A stretch of 64,000 bases of DNA from Naegleria gruberi (Eukaryota): the NCBI GenBank assembly GCA_000004985.1, contig GG738846.1. The stretch is one strand, 5' to 3'. Of this stretch, positions 1-12,200 are shown in pieces (within the stretch, counting starts at the first letter, position 1; each line of letters begins with the position of its first letter). The notes below the pieces were generated by a model. It had not been told where the DNA came from and did no database searches. It saw nothing but the letters and a program-made list of their open reading frames with translations. The translations under genes and the position numbers were made by a program.

Positions 1-106
1 TTAATAAATTATTCAATTTAATATTATCATTCATATTATATCATTGTTGTTGTTACAAGTTAAATATTATTATTATCAAATATAATCAAAAGAAGAATTC
101 TAGAAT

Positions 107-409
107 TCATGTAAAAAACTCTACTACATACTTATAATCCAAATAAATAGGGAGAGAACCAAATTGAGAGCGTGAGATGTGGAATGGCAATTCTTCAGTT
201 CCCTTCAAAGGTAAATGGAAAACCGATGATGATGGAAGTTTATCTTTAACATCAACTTGTTCTTGAATAATAGTATTAACAAAATCTTGTTGTAATTTAG
301 CATTCAATGGTTGTTTAGTTAAGTGTTTCATGAGAATAAAGTTTGGTGTGGCTCTACTGCTAACAGCCTTAGAGAGGGTAGGGATTGTTCTGAGAGCGTG
401 GAATGGCAT
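107..409 (-). CDS. hypothetical protein (100 aa ORF); may be a terminal exon of a gene running off the window
   Basis: The ORF is in the track. It has no recognisable motifs, its composition is ordinary, and no A-rich Kozak context is evident. Confidence 0.25.
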   Translation of the reverse strand: MPFHALRTIPTLSKAVSSRATPNFILMKHLTKQPLNAKLQQDFVNTIIQEQVDVKDKLPSSSVFHLPLKGTEELPFHISRSQFGSLPIYLDYKYVVEFFT

Positions 410-1264
410 TTTTTTTATTTTTTCATTTTTATTAAATTTTATTATATATCTTCATCACATTATTTTCTTCGTGATGAATTTTAATATGAATATTTTCTTC
501 TATCGGAATTAAAATTCATCACAATATGATGGTTTTGAGGTCTTCTTTGAGCAAATTGGGTTTGATTTGAATTGTTTAATAATTATTCTACTCTTTCCTC
601 AATTGTTGAAATCTCTGCTAATAACTCATTGACCTGAAGAGTAGTTGTAAACCACACCAAATAAATTAACACTGTATTCTGATCGCAAGTATTATTATTT
701 CGAAATACATGTAAGATGGCTCAATTTCAGGTATGTATTACATTTAGGGTTATTAATCTCACTGAAAACATTCATAATTGAAGTTTGAGAGTTTGTTCAT
801 TCTCAAACACAACACTCTCTAAATTGCCAAACAAGTACTGCCATACCTTTATCAAGAATCGTGCAAATTTGCTAATCTTGTATCAAGAGAATGAGAGTCC
901 AATTAATCTCAGCCACAGATTTTATACTTCTCCTTTTAGTAATTGAACATTCCTTAATTTGCACATTGACCCTCAATATTGTCTTCTCAATAAAGTGAGA
1001 ATCTGTAACCGATACAACAACAGAACTAATTTGAATCATTCTCCTACAGTTCGGTTCTCCATTACTAGAGCGAGATCATTTAGTCGAGCACACAGGAGGA
1101 GAGGACTAGGTGCATGGTTGCACATCAACACACCGTAACACCATCCTCTTCCTCAACGTCCTTCAGAGGAGGGGTAGAGCGAGAAGGCCACACTTTTCCA
1201 TGATGAATATATAATTCTCAAACATGTTATAAAAAAGGCCACATTTCACTCTCCTTTTAAGAAA

Positions 1265-2263
1265 ATGGGCTCCAACACTTCAACGACACTTTCTGAAGCT
1301 GGTACAGGTACCTCTTCCAATTCATCATCACTACAAAATCTTCTTAATCATCATCGAAAAAGTAGTTCTTCTCTTCCTCAATACGAAGGAAATCATTTAA
1401 AAAGACAATCGAGTTATAAATCCAAATCACCTGATAATGGAGAAGAAGATATTGCAAGGGAAGGATCTATTCTAGTGGATAAACAACCAACTATAGTGGG
1501 ATTTGTTGGAGAATTAATTGGAACAGCAACAAACAATAAGAAATCAAACCAATCAAAGAAAGACAAGACAATTGCTCCTTCTTCTGAGAATTTGGCAGAT
1601 GATGAAATCAAACCAATCTACTCTGCCACTTCCTTCACAAAGGGAAGCGCCTCAGAAAGAGCAAGAAACAAGTCCAATTCATCCTCACTGAGAGAGAGTC
1701 TCACATCCAGCACATCATCATCTTCATCCACACTCTCATCCTCCAACTCATTGACCACTATCAGCTCATCAACATATCCAATTTCAGGCACCAAAAGCTT
1801 TAAAATTGCACGAATGAATTCACTCAGAGGCAATATCATTCTTAATAACACGCCACAATCTGGCAACAACTATCAAGCATGGAATACTGACACAATCTGC
1901 TGGGAAGAATATAAAAGAAGAACCATTGCTCAACAACAAAATCAAAAGAGAAGAAATGAAGCAATCACATCTCTTTCCATGTCAACACCAGCCACAACAA
2001 CCACTTACAATATTTCTTCACAAGAACAACTAATGATGAGAAATTCTCCTCAAAGAACAATACCTGTAAAGAGAGGAGTTAATAACAACACATCTATTAA
2101 TACCTCACCAATGACATTCAAGAGGCAAGCAATGCAAGTAACAACAATTACTAATAGAGTGGGAATGGAAGTGGAATCATCACCATTGTCAAACTTTTTG
2201 AAGAATTTATCGGCTGCTCCTTCTGTGGTTACTACTAGTTCTGCTGCTATGAATAATAGGTAG
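1265..2263 (+). CDS. hypothetical Ser/Thr/Asn-rich low-complexity protein
   Basis: ATG in an aaaATGg context. The ORF runs 999 nt. Long S/T/N tracts are typical of this genome. The antisense ORFs inside it are probably artefacts. Confidence 0.5.
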   Translation: MGSNTSTTLSEAGTGTSSNSSSLQNLLNHHRKSSSSLPQYEGNHLKRQSSYKSKSPDNGEEDIAREGSILVDKQPTIVGFVGELIGTATNNKKSNQSKKDKTIAPSSENLADDEIKPIYSATSFTKGSASERARNKSNSSSLRESLTSSTSSSSSTLSSSNSLTTISSSTYPISGTKSFKIARMNSLRGNIILNNTPQSGNNYQAWNTDTICWEEYKRRTIAQQQNQKRRNEAITSLSMSTPATTTTYNISSQEQLMMRNSPQRTIPVKRGVNNNTSINTSPMTFKRQAMQVTTITNRVGMEVESSPLSNFLKNLSAAPSVVTTSSAAMNNR

Positions 2264-2524
2264 ATGGATATTATGAAATATCCTTATTTTGGAAAGGGGA
2301 TAACGAAAAGAAAATCGAATTGTAATTGAAATTTTCGCAATTTTAAGAAAATTTCATAATAATTGAAAAAATGTTTATTCATCAATGTTGATCTAGTAGA
2401 TCTTCATTGGCAATGAAACAACATTAGAAAACTAATAAAACAATATAAAACATTTAATATTCCATTTTAAGGTTTATAAAGTCATGGGTTTATATCTGGA
2501 CATTAGAAAACAAAATGAAAAAAA

Positions 2525-3139
2525 ATGCAAAAACTTTATCACTTGAGAAACATCATCCTTGGCTCAATACTCGGAGTTACAATATTGATGGGCATATTTT
2601 CTGTTATGTTTGGAATGGCCTCAATATTCTATCAAGATAAATATGAATTTAATGAGGAAAGATTATGTACAGTGATAGATCCGAGAGTGGAGTGTTATCG
2701 TCATTGTACAACAGGAGCTGTTGGAGAGGAGAATTGTCTTGTTTATTGTAAAGCAATTGTGAGGGTACATCCCGATGATGATGTTGGATATTGTTTGGAT
2801 GAGCCTGAATGTGTTCATAAATCTACTCAGCCTAGAAATAGGACAACTTTGGAATTTACTGAACATGATTCATTCTATGAGTATGATATTCACTCGAATG
2901 TAACGTGCTACTTGAATGAGCATCAGACAAATGCTGCCTCTTATCAAATTCATTCAAGTTTCAAATCGATTGCTAATTTTGTTGCTATTGGACTTGGTTT
3001 GATTTCATTGGTATTTTTGGCTGTGTTTGTGATTGGTTTCATTTCTACATTTATTCATAGAATTTTGCCTCATCATTGGCAATTTAAGGCACATCATCAA
3101 CATCACGATGAAGACGAGGATAACAAGAATTTCCTTTAA
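2525..3139 (+). CDS. hypothetical small membrane protein: N-terminal TM/signal anchor, Cys-rich ectodomain with N-glycosylation sequons, C-terminal TM, His/acidic tail
   Basis: AAAAAAATG start. Hydrophobic stretches lie at aa 10-32 and 150-175. Several Cys residues (CYRHC, CLVYC) are present. Confidence 0.5.
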   Translation: MQKLYHLRNIILGSILGVTILMGIFSVMFGMASIFYQDKYEFNEERLCTVIDPRVECYRHCTTGAVGEENCLVYCKAIVRVHPDDDVGYCLDEPECVHKSTQPRNRTTLEFTEHDSFYEYDIHSNVTCYLNEHQTNAASYQIHSSFKSIANFVAIGLGLISLVFLAVFVIGFISTFIHRILPHHWQFKAHHQHHDEDEDNKNFL

Positions 3140-3274
3140 ATTTTCTTAATTGATTCAAATTGTCAGAGTTCAGATCACATTAACAAATGAGTAATCTCAA
3201 AAAAGCACTTTAAATGAGGTGATAACAGATTTAGCTCATGTGAAATACAAGAATAAAGAGAATATAATAATAAT

Positions 3275-6200
3275 TTATTCCAAAACCAAACTAATTCCTC
3301 TTTCAGAACAAACTTTGTGTAAACTATCAATTTCTTTCCATCCAATGAGAACCAATTTCTTTAAGGAAGGTGTGTTGTTCTTATTCTTCAACCAATCTAT
3401 CAAAACATTAACGCCAATAGATTGAGGAGATCCACTCAATGTCAAACACTTGATCTTTTTGTTATTTCTCAAATTCTGAATAATTAATGAAAATTCTATC
3501 GAGTCAATAAATTGGTCACATCCTGTGAAATTCAAACTGGCTGGTGTCTTTTTGATTGCTTTCAAAAAGTCTTCCTTTTGATCATCTTCAATAATATATG
3601 AACCAGCTTGTTTGAAATATTGTATCAATTCAAATGTTTCATCAGTTGTAATAACTCCCAAATCATCAATAAGATCTTCGAAAATATCAGATGCAGAATA
3701 TAATAATTCATTATCTGCTGCTGACAATCTTGGAGTAACAAATGTTGAGTTTGGAGGAGAGTTCACTTTTGGTGTGGTTGGACTTCTTGGAGGACCTGTG
3801 CTGCTAATAAATGATCTTCTGTGTCTTCTAGGAGAGCTTGTATTTGCACTATTGAAAACTGTATCTGCTACCTTATTTGTAAAGTTATTTGGATCAAAGT
3901 GGAATCTTGAGCTTCTTGGAGTTGGAGATAATAATCTGGCTGACATTGGTGGCTCATCATTATTTCCTCTTCTCGAAAGAGCAGAGAAGAAGATTTCCTT
4001 AGTAATGGTAGGGACTGATTCATTGTGATTTTTCTTCACATCTTGAGTATTGATGGTGGAAGGAATTTCCACTTCCTTGTTCATTTGTTGTTGAGGAGTA
4101 TTTGGATTTGAATTGACAATTGCTGCACGAAGTTTTGAATCTGAAAGTTTAAAGTTATTGATTGGACTTGGATGTTGATACATTCTTTCAACACTGGTTG
4201 GAGTTGATGGACTGCTGTATCCTTCTGATTTGTCAATCATGGCAATCTTTTCCTTAAATCTATTCAGTTCATCCTTATTGTTTCCTGAGGCTGATAGTGG
4301 TGTGGCAACAGTAGTTGTGTTTTCACCAGTAGAGAATTTGAGTTTTCCATTCTTTTCCAACTCTTCAAAGAAGAGTTTTAACATGGCATAGAGTGATTTG
4401 GTGTTTCCCTTTTCAATTTCATCGTGAATATAGGAAAATCTTTGGGTATTCTTTGCAATTTTGTGAACAGCTTGAATAAAAGCTTGATGGTTATCATTCT
4501 TTTGGAATTTGTTTGGATTATTCTTATATTTGATAACCTTTCCATAGTATTTCTCCACAATCATGCAAAGTACAGTTCCGTCATCTATAATTTTGTGCAA
4601 TGAATGGCCTTCATCAGGTCTATCTGTAATTTGAAGAATAGTTTCCTTGAAATACTTTTCTTCATCCTCTTCTAACATCTTTTGAGAACTTGTAGCTTTT
4701 TGATAGTAGTGTGTTCTACTAGACATCATTCCTTCAATATTTGCTTGCCTATCTGTAATGGATCCGTCAGAATTTTCTGAAGGAGTACTTGGTGGAATAA
4801 TTGGAGCCTTAGAGAAGGACATGCTTCCAAAGCTTTTTGTTCTGGCACTCAACATTGGTCGAGATGGAGATTCCAATGGAAGGAAGATTGAGTGTGATTG
4901 AAGTTTTTTCAAGGATTGAGTTCTAATTTCAGGCTGGGCTGCACATTTAACAGAAAACTCAAAAAGTAGTGCCAAATTACTGACAATACAGTTTCTTTCC
5001 TTTACAGAGCTATGTTCTGGTTCAGTTGATGCCTTTAGTAGATAGTCATGTTCAAATACAGTTGAGATACCAACATTTTTACAGAAATTGGTGTAAAGAG
5101 AAACATTTCCAATAGCAGCTTGGTTATTTGTCATACCTTCAACATATTTCTTACATGGTTCAATCTCAGGGAACAAAGTATTAGCATATTTGCACAAAAT
5201 TACTCCGTCCAATAAATTCTTGAAAAGTGAAATAGATGTGTCATATTCATTTCCAGCTAATTTCAGAAGCCATTTTGAAAGAGCTTTCTCTGCGTATTCA
5301 AGTTCTTGACTGCGGAAATCTTCCTTACTTTCAGCATTGAGCTTCTTTCCTGTTCTTAATAAACTAAAAATCGATTTTCCTCTCATCTTTTCATAAGTTT
5401 CTTCGCTAAACTCAAAGCCAGCTTCTTCCATCAACTTCATAAACTTCCAAGTTGGATCATGTTCCTTTGGTGGCAATTCTTTCTTTGGGGTTTTTGGAGT
5501 TTGTGGAGGTTCTTCAGTCTTGACAGGTGGTGGTTTGACTTTTAATAGAGCTAACTTTTTAGTCAATTCTTCTACTCTTCTCAAATGGGAGTTCATCTTT
5601 CCTTCATAGATATTTCCAAGTGATGTACTCATTTCATTCAATTTCTCTATTACTAGATTTTCAGTGTTAGACTGGAATGTAGAAACAAAAGTATTGAAAA
5701 ATGAGTAATCGAGAGGGAAAAGTTCTTTCAACTCAATGTACTTTTTCTTTACATCACTTAATTGAGAATGAACATTTTGGATAGACTTGGTAAGATCTAG
5801 GATTTTTTGCTGGTATTCCTTGGTGATTTCTTCTTTCTCATTTTGAAGTGTTTGATTAGAAGTTTGGAGAGCTTCAATATCTTGCTTTAGTTTCAGCTCT
5901 CGTGTTTTCAAATTTTTGATCTCATTATCGAGCTGGTTGTTATCTGAATCTATGCGATTTTTAAGTTGTTCAACCTCTTCATTCTTGGCACTCAGTTCAT
6001 TTTCAAGTTTTTCGTTGGTGGACTTTTCTTTTTCTAAGGCAGAGCTAGTTTGATCAACCAGTTTTTCAGCTTCTGCAAATTTCTGCTTTAAGTCTTTGAT
6101 AGATAGATCAAGTTTGTGTGATTTTTCTTCTTGTCTATTTTTTTCTTCTTTCACTAGATCGAGTTGCTCCTTGTATGAGTTTTCTATATTCTTGGCTTGT

Positions 6201-9200
6201 TCGACTAATAGCTGATTTGTTTTGTTAAGAGCATCGATTTCAGTTTGCTTTGAGTCGTTTTCACGTTTCATTTGCTGAATATTGGACTCGAGATTTCTTT
6301 GAGTTTCCTGAGATTCTCTAGCTAATGATTCATAAGCGGTCTTTTGTTGCTGTTGTTTATCCTCTACGTCTTGGAGTTGAATGTTCAATTCTTCAAGTTG
6401 TGTTTTAGTCTGGGAAATGTGGTTGTCCATCTTTGCTTTTTCTTCTTCCATTATTGCTATCTTTTCTGCTTGTTGATTGGCTTTTTCTGATAGTGATTTG
6501 TTCTTTTCAGACAAGTCTTTAACCTCCCTTTCCTTAGATGAAATATCATCTTCAAGTTTGGACTTCTCCTTGTTGATTGTTTCCTTATCTTCTTCTAGTT
6601 CTTTAACACGCTTGTTTCTCTTTGTTAAGTCTTCTGATAATTGTTGGAGTTCTTCAGTTGCATTCTTAAAGTCTTTGGACAATTTGTTACTTTCTTGTTC
6701 TAATTTTTCAATTTCAGATTCTTTTGAATTCAATTTCTCCTTGAAACTGTCTTTGGCTTGATCCAAGAGCTCTGATAGCTCTTTTTCTTTAGAGGAAGCT
6801 TTTTGAAGGGAGGCTTGTAACTCTTCTTCTCTTTCTTTAAGATTCTTAATTTCCTTTTCTAGACTCTTGTTGACAGTTTCAAACTTTTCAATATCAGCTT
6901 GGAGCAATACTTGTGTTTGCTTTGTTTCTGAAACAGTATTATTGAGTCTAATCTTTTCTTCTTCAATAAGGTTCTTCAAGGATTCATTTTCTTTTTCAAG
7001 CTTTTCAATCTTTTCCTTCAAACCAGACTCTAAATTGTGACAGTTTGTTTCACAATCGTTTAGCTTTCCATTTTTAACAGAGAGTTCATGCTTCAATTGT
7101 TGAATTTCCTCTTCTAACTTGGTAACATTGAGAGTAGAATTTTGAAGGTTATTGGTTAAGGATCTTTCTTTTTCTTTCAATTTCTCTAATTGTTCTAGAA
7201 GATCAGCAATCTTTTCCTCTGCGCCTTTCTTTTCCTTCCTCAAATTTTGAATAGTATTCTCATGTTCTTCAATTTTATGTTCCATATTTTCTTGTAGCGC
7301 TTTCTTTTCTGATTTAAGGTTGGTTATATCATTCGAAAGTTGTGAAATTTCTTCAGAAAGTTCTTCCTTGTTCTTTTTGATTTGTTGAACTGATTTGTTA
7401 AGGGTTTCTATTTCTATTTCTGCTAATTTCTGATTAGATTTGAACTCTGCCAATTGGTTGTGCAAATTATCTAATTCCTTGCTCTTCTTTTCTAGTTTTT
7501 CTGTTTCATCAGCAAGTAATTTTTCCTTTGTCAGTAGAGTATTTTGTAATTTTTCGTTTTCATGTTTCAATTGGGTATTGTTTTCAGCAACTTCTTGCTC
7601 CTTTTCTTTGCTGAATCCCAAATTTTCTTCTAAATTTTTGTGGGTGCGTCTTTCATTTTCGAGATTGTTCTGGATTTCAACAAGCTTGAGCTCAGTTTCT
7701 TGTAATTTTTGATTTTCAGATATGATCTCATCTTGATGCTTCTTTTGCATATTTGCCATGCCAACTTCCATATCTTGTAGTTGGTTTTGAACTTTCTTCA
7801 TCTCTCTTTCCTTAGACGAAATATCATCTTCAAGTTTGGACTTTTCCTTGTTGATTGTTTCCTTATCTTCTTCTAGTTCTTTAACACGCTTGTTTCTCTT
7901 TGTTAAGTCTTCTGATAATTGTTGGAGTTCTTCAGTTGCATTCTTAAAATCTTTGGACAACTTGTTATTTTCTTTTTCTAATTTTTCAATTTCAGATTCT
8001 TTTGAATTCAGCTTCTCCTTGTACTCTGTAACAACATTTAAGTTACCAGCCTCTGCTTTTTGTAATTCTGTTGAAAGTTTGGAAATTTCCCTTTCTAATT
8101 CTGCTACCTTTTGGCTATTAATTGCATGTTTGCTTTCCTCTTCCTTCAATTTATGTTCATACTGTTTACTTAGTTGATCCAATCTCAAAGAATCATTCTT
8201 TGTCTCCATTAATGCCGATTCTTGTTCAAATTTGTCTTGTTTAAGCTGCTTGATATCTTGTTGAAGTTTGGAAATGGTTTTCTCTAGTTCTTCAATATTC
8301 AGTTTATGTTCTCCTAGCTCCAAATCTTTTTCTGATAATTTTTTAGCTGACAATTTGCCCTTTTCTGTCAAGTCTTGTAAATTCTGTTCTAACAGGGTCT
8401 TGGCAGATTCTAACTCGAAAATCTTTTTTCTTTGTTCAGTCGATATTTTATCACAGTCGGTCTCAAGTTCATTAATTTCTTTTAACTTGTTTTTCAACTT
8501 CTCTCTTGAAGATTCCAACTCATCTTCCAATTGATTCTTTCCTTGCTCAAGTGAATGAATTTGTTTCTTCAAATCGTGTTCGTTTTGAGATTGTTCTTTT
8601 TCTAAAGTTTTCATTTTTTGCATCAATTCATCAACCTCTTGTTGTTTTGCAAGCTTCAATTCATCTAGTTGTTTCTTGAGAAGAATACAATTTTCACAAT
8701 TTGCCTTTTCTGCCAATTTGAGTGTTATATCCTCTATTTCTTTTGTTAATTGTTTGACTTGGTCTTTTAGATTGTTATTTTCGTGTTGTGAATCAGTGTG
8801 TTCAAAATTCTTGAGTTGTGAAATGTAGTTTCCAATTTGAATTTGATAGTCATTTTCGAGTTCTTCAAGCTTTTTCTTTGTTTCTCTCTTTTGGTCATCA
8901 ATCTTGGACATTAATTTGTTCTCAGATTCTTTTAGGTCTGAATTTTCCTTGACAAGATGGTCTAATTTATCTTGTAGCTTCTTCTTTTCGTGATCAACCT
9001 CTTCCTTCAAGTCTGACAACTTGTGTTCAGATGTGATAATCCTAGCACTTAGTTGTTGAATCTCATTATTCTTCTTTCTAATTTCCTCTATGTGAGCTGT
9101 GTCCTTTGCACTGGTCAAGTCTGAGAATTTTGAAATTTCATCTTCCAGATTCTTAATTCTCTTTTCTCTTTCTTGTACAGTGTGTTCCAGTTTCTTTCTA

Positions 9201-12200
9201 GTATCTGCAGTGTCCTGTTGTAACTTGGCTAACTCTTCTTGAGTTTGCTCAACTTGCTTTTTGTAAATGATTAACAAACTCAACTTCTGTTCCATAACAA
9301 GTTTGTTCTCCTTTTCTGATTCCAAGTCAAGCTTTGCTTGGAACAACTCTTTTTCTATCTGCCTGTTCTTTTGTTGTAAATCCTGGAACAAGTTAACATT
9401 AGACTTAGCATCCTCTGTTAGATGGCTATTGGATGATTTGAGAATTTGAATGTTATGATCCAACAAGTTCTTTTCCATCTCCATTTTAGAAGCTTTGGAT
9501 TCCAACTCCAACATGCTAGAATTCATATTCTCTATGGTCTTCTTCAAAGAATTGATAATTGTGTCCTTAGACTGCACACTGTGTTCTGCTTGTTCAAGAG
9601 ATGCCTTTTGTTGATTCATCAATACATTTAAATTCTGTACCTTGATAGATAAGGTACTATCTGATGTTTTGAGATTGTTGAGCTCATCCTGTAACAGCTT
9701 GATTGTTGTTGATTTTTCAGAATTTGATAACTCTATCGTAGAAAGGTAGTGATTAGTCTCTTGTAATTTTAGCTTTAGCTTTTCCACTTCTTCTTTGTGT
9801 TGTTGAGATTGTTCATGGATGGAAGATTTAAGTTTACGCTTTTTCTCCTTAGAGATGGCTATTTGATTGTCCTTACTTTCTAGTTGGGACTTGAATTGTT
9901 GAAGTGTTGAATTGAGGCGTTCAGTTTCATTCAATAGCTTGTTTTCCTTTTTTCTTAATAAGTCTATTATCTCCGTAACCATATATCCTGTTTCTGATTC
10001 TTGAAGTACTGTGTCATCTGGAACCAGAGATTTTAGCTTTTTACAAACATCCTCAATTAGTTTGGATTGGTTATCGATATGTTTTGACTTTTCCTTAAGA
10101 ACCTCATTGAGTTTCTTGAAATCTTCTTCTTTTGTCAAACAAGTTTGATTCAACAAAATAATAGATTTTTCTTTTTCATCCAATTTCAACTCCATATTTT
10201 GCAATTGGCTCTTGAGAGAATTCAGATTTTCAGTTAGTTTCCTACTAGATTCCTTTTCTACTTCCAACTCTTTTTTGAGTTGAATGCCTTCTCTTTCTGC
10301 AGAGTGTGTTTTTTCCTTTTGTTTTTCAAGCTCATCTTGTATGGTTTGTTTGGACAAATCAGCTTGTTCTTTAAGCTTTTTGAGATCACTAATCTTGATA
10401 TCTTGACTCTGAATTGACTCTTTTGCGGAGCTCAACTCTCTTTCGAGGTTGCTTTGCAAAGTGAAAAGTTTAGATATCTCATCATCTTTGGATTTTAGTT
10501 TGAGACTAAAGGTTTCCTCTAGTTGTTGTTTTTCGTTTTGGTAAGCATTTTTGTCTTGTTTGAGTTGTTGCTTTAGTTCATCTATTAATGCATCAGAAAT
10601 GGAAATCTTACTTTGAAGAGATTCAATGGATTGCTTGTCGGAGAGAATAGAGCGATTCAATTTTAATAGCTCATCGTTGTGCTTACTTTCAAGAGACCTC
10701 TTTTGTTCATCCAAATTTTCAACTTGGTCCTTCAAGGTCTTAATCTTATCTTTCTTTGTTTTGATAGTATTTTTCAATTCATCCACTTTACATTTCAGTG
10801 CTTCAATTTGTTCTTGCAAAGATGTAGATTTTTCCTCACAATTAGTAAGTTTTTCACTCAAAGACTGGTTAATTGAGAATTTGGATGCATTCAAATCACT
10901 GATATCCTTATTTTGCTTTTCTTTTTCAGCTAACTCTTTGATGAATTTTTGAGAGAGTGATTCATTTTGTTTCTCACTTTGCTCCAATTTTTGATTTAAA
11001 TGGTTGATCAAGTTATCCTTCTTGAATAAATCATCTAACAAACAATTATTGCTCTCTTTGAGTTTGTCCAGTTTGGATTGTAAATCTAAAATTTTTTCAT
11101 CTAGGTTATTCTTAGCCGTTTTAAGAGATTCGTTTTCTTTTTTTTCATTTCCAAGTGCAATGTTGGATGAGGTTAATAGTCTCTCCACTTCAATTTTGGC
11201 AAGATCAGATTGTGAGAGTTTGATTGATAGATCCTTTGTTTGTTTTTTCAAATCCTCTACTTGCTCCAGTAGTTGTTCTATTTCTTTCTTATCAACAGTA
11301 TTGCATTTTAGAGCCTTGGCAAGCTCTATTTCCAGCTCATTAATTTTTTTAGAAAACTCCCGTATTTCTGCTTCATACTTCTGCACTTGTTGTCTGGAGT
11401 TGGTTAAAACAGCCTCTATTTTCTCTTTTTCTTCCTGAATTTGCTCCTTTTCAGATTCAGATTCTCGCAACTCTTTTTCTAATCTTTCCAAATCAGAGTT
11501 CAAAGAAATATTTATCTTTTTCTTCAAACTGGTGTTAGCTTCTTCGAGTTCGTTATTTTTGTTGGTGAGATCTGAAATTTTCCTTTCATTCTCTTCAATA
11601 GTGTTTTTCAAATTTTGATTAACACGATCCAGTTTGCTTTTTTCTGACTTGCTAGTTTCTAGTTCTTCTATGATGTTTGACAGTTTAGACTCGACATTTC
11701 TTTTCATATCTGTTGATGCAGAGACTTCAATCGTAGAATTTTGAAGATCAATCTTCAGATTAGTATTTTCTTGTAAAACTTGCGTATATTTGTGTTGCCA
11801 GTCTCTTGCATTTATACTGGCCTCTTCGAGATCTCCAGATATTCTCTTATTTTCCTTACTTTTTTCATACAATTCTGAATTTAACTTTTCAATATCTGAA
11901 AAATGTTGAATTAATAGAGTGTGCTTTTCTTTCAGCTCCTTTGTAAGCTCGTTGATTTTAGTTTCTTTCGAAAATAATTCCTCTGAATGATCTTTGTCTA
12001 ACTTGTGAAAATCTTGTTGTTTTTTCTCCAACAATTCCTTTAGTTTTGTAATCTCTTGATCTCTTTCATGTAAATAAATTAATTGTCTTTCCAACTCCAT
12101 AGCTTTTTCCTTCAGCTTCCAAGAAACCTCTTCAAATTTCAAATGATTTTCCCTAGATGCTTGTAAAATTAGTACCATTTGTTGTGTGAAATAATCATAG

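Noticed and set aside
6477-11438. Many 60-144-aa plus-strand ORFs (6477-6761, 7440-7712, 7836-8177, 10626-10952, 11004-11438 and others) inside the giant gene
   Set aside because: They are antisense to a 9.4-kb coiled-coil ORF. They are S/L/F-rich reverse-complement artefacts of GAA/AAG/TTG-rich coding sequence, and the duplicated pair simply mirrors the sense-strand duplication.
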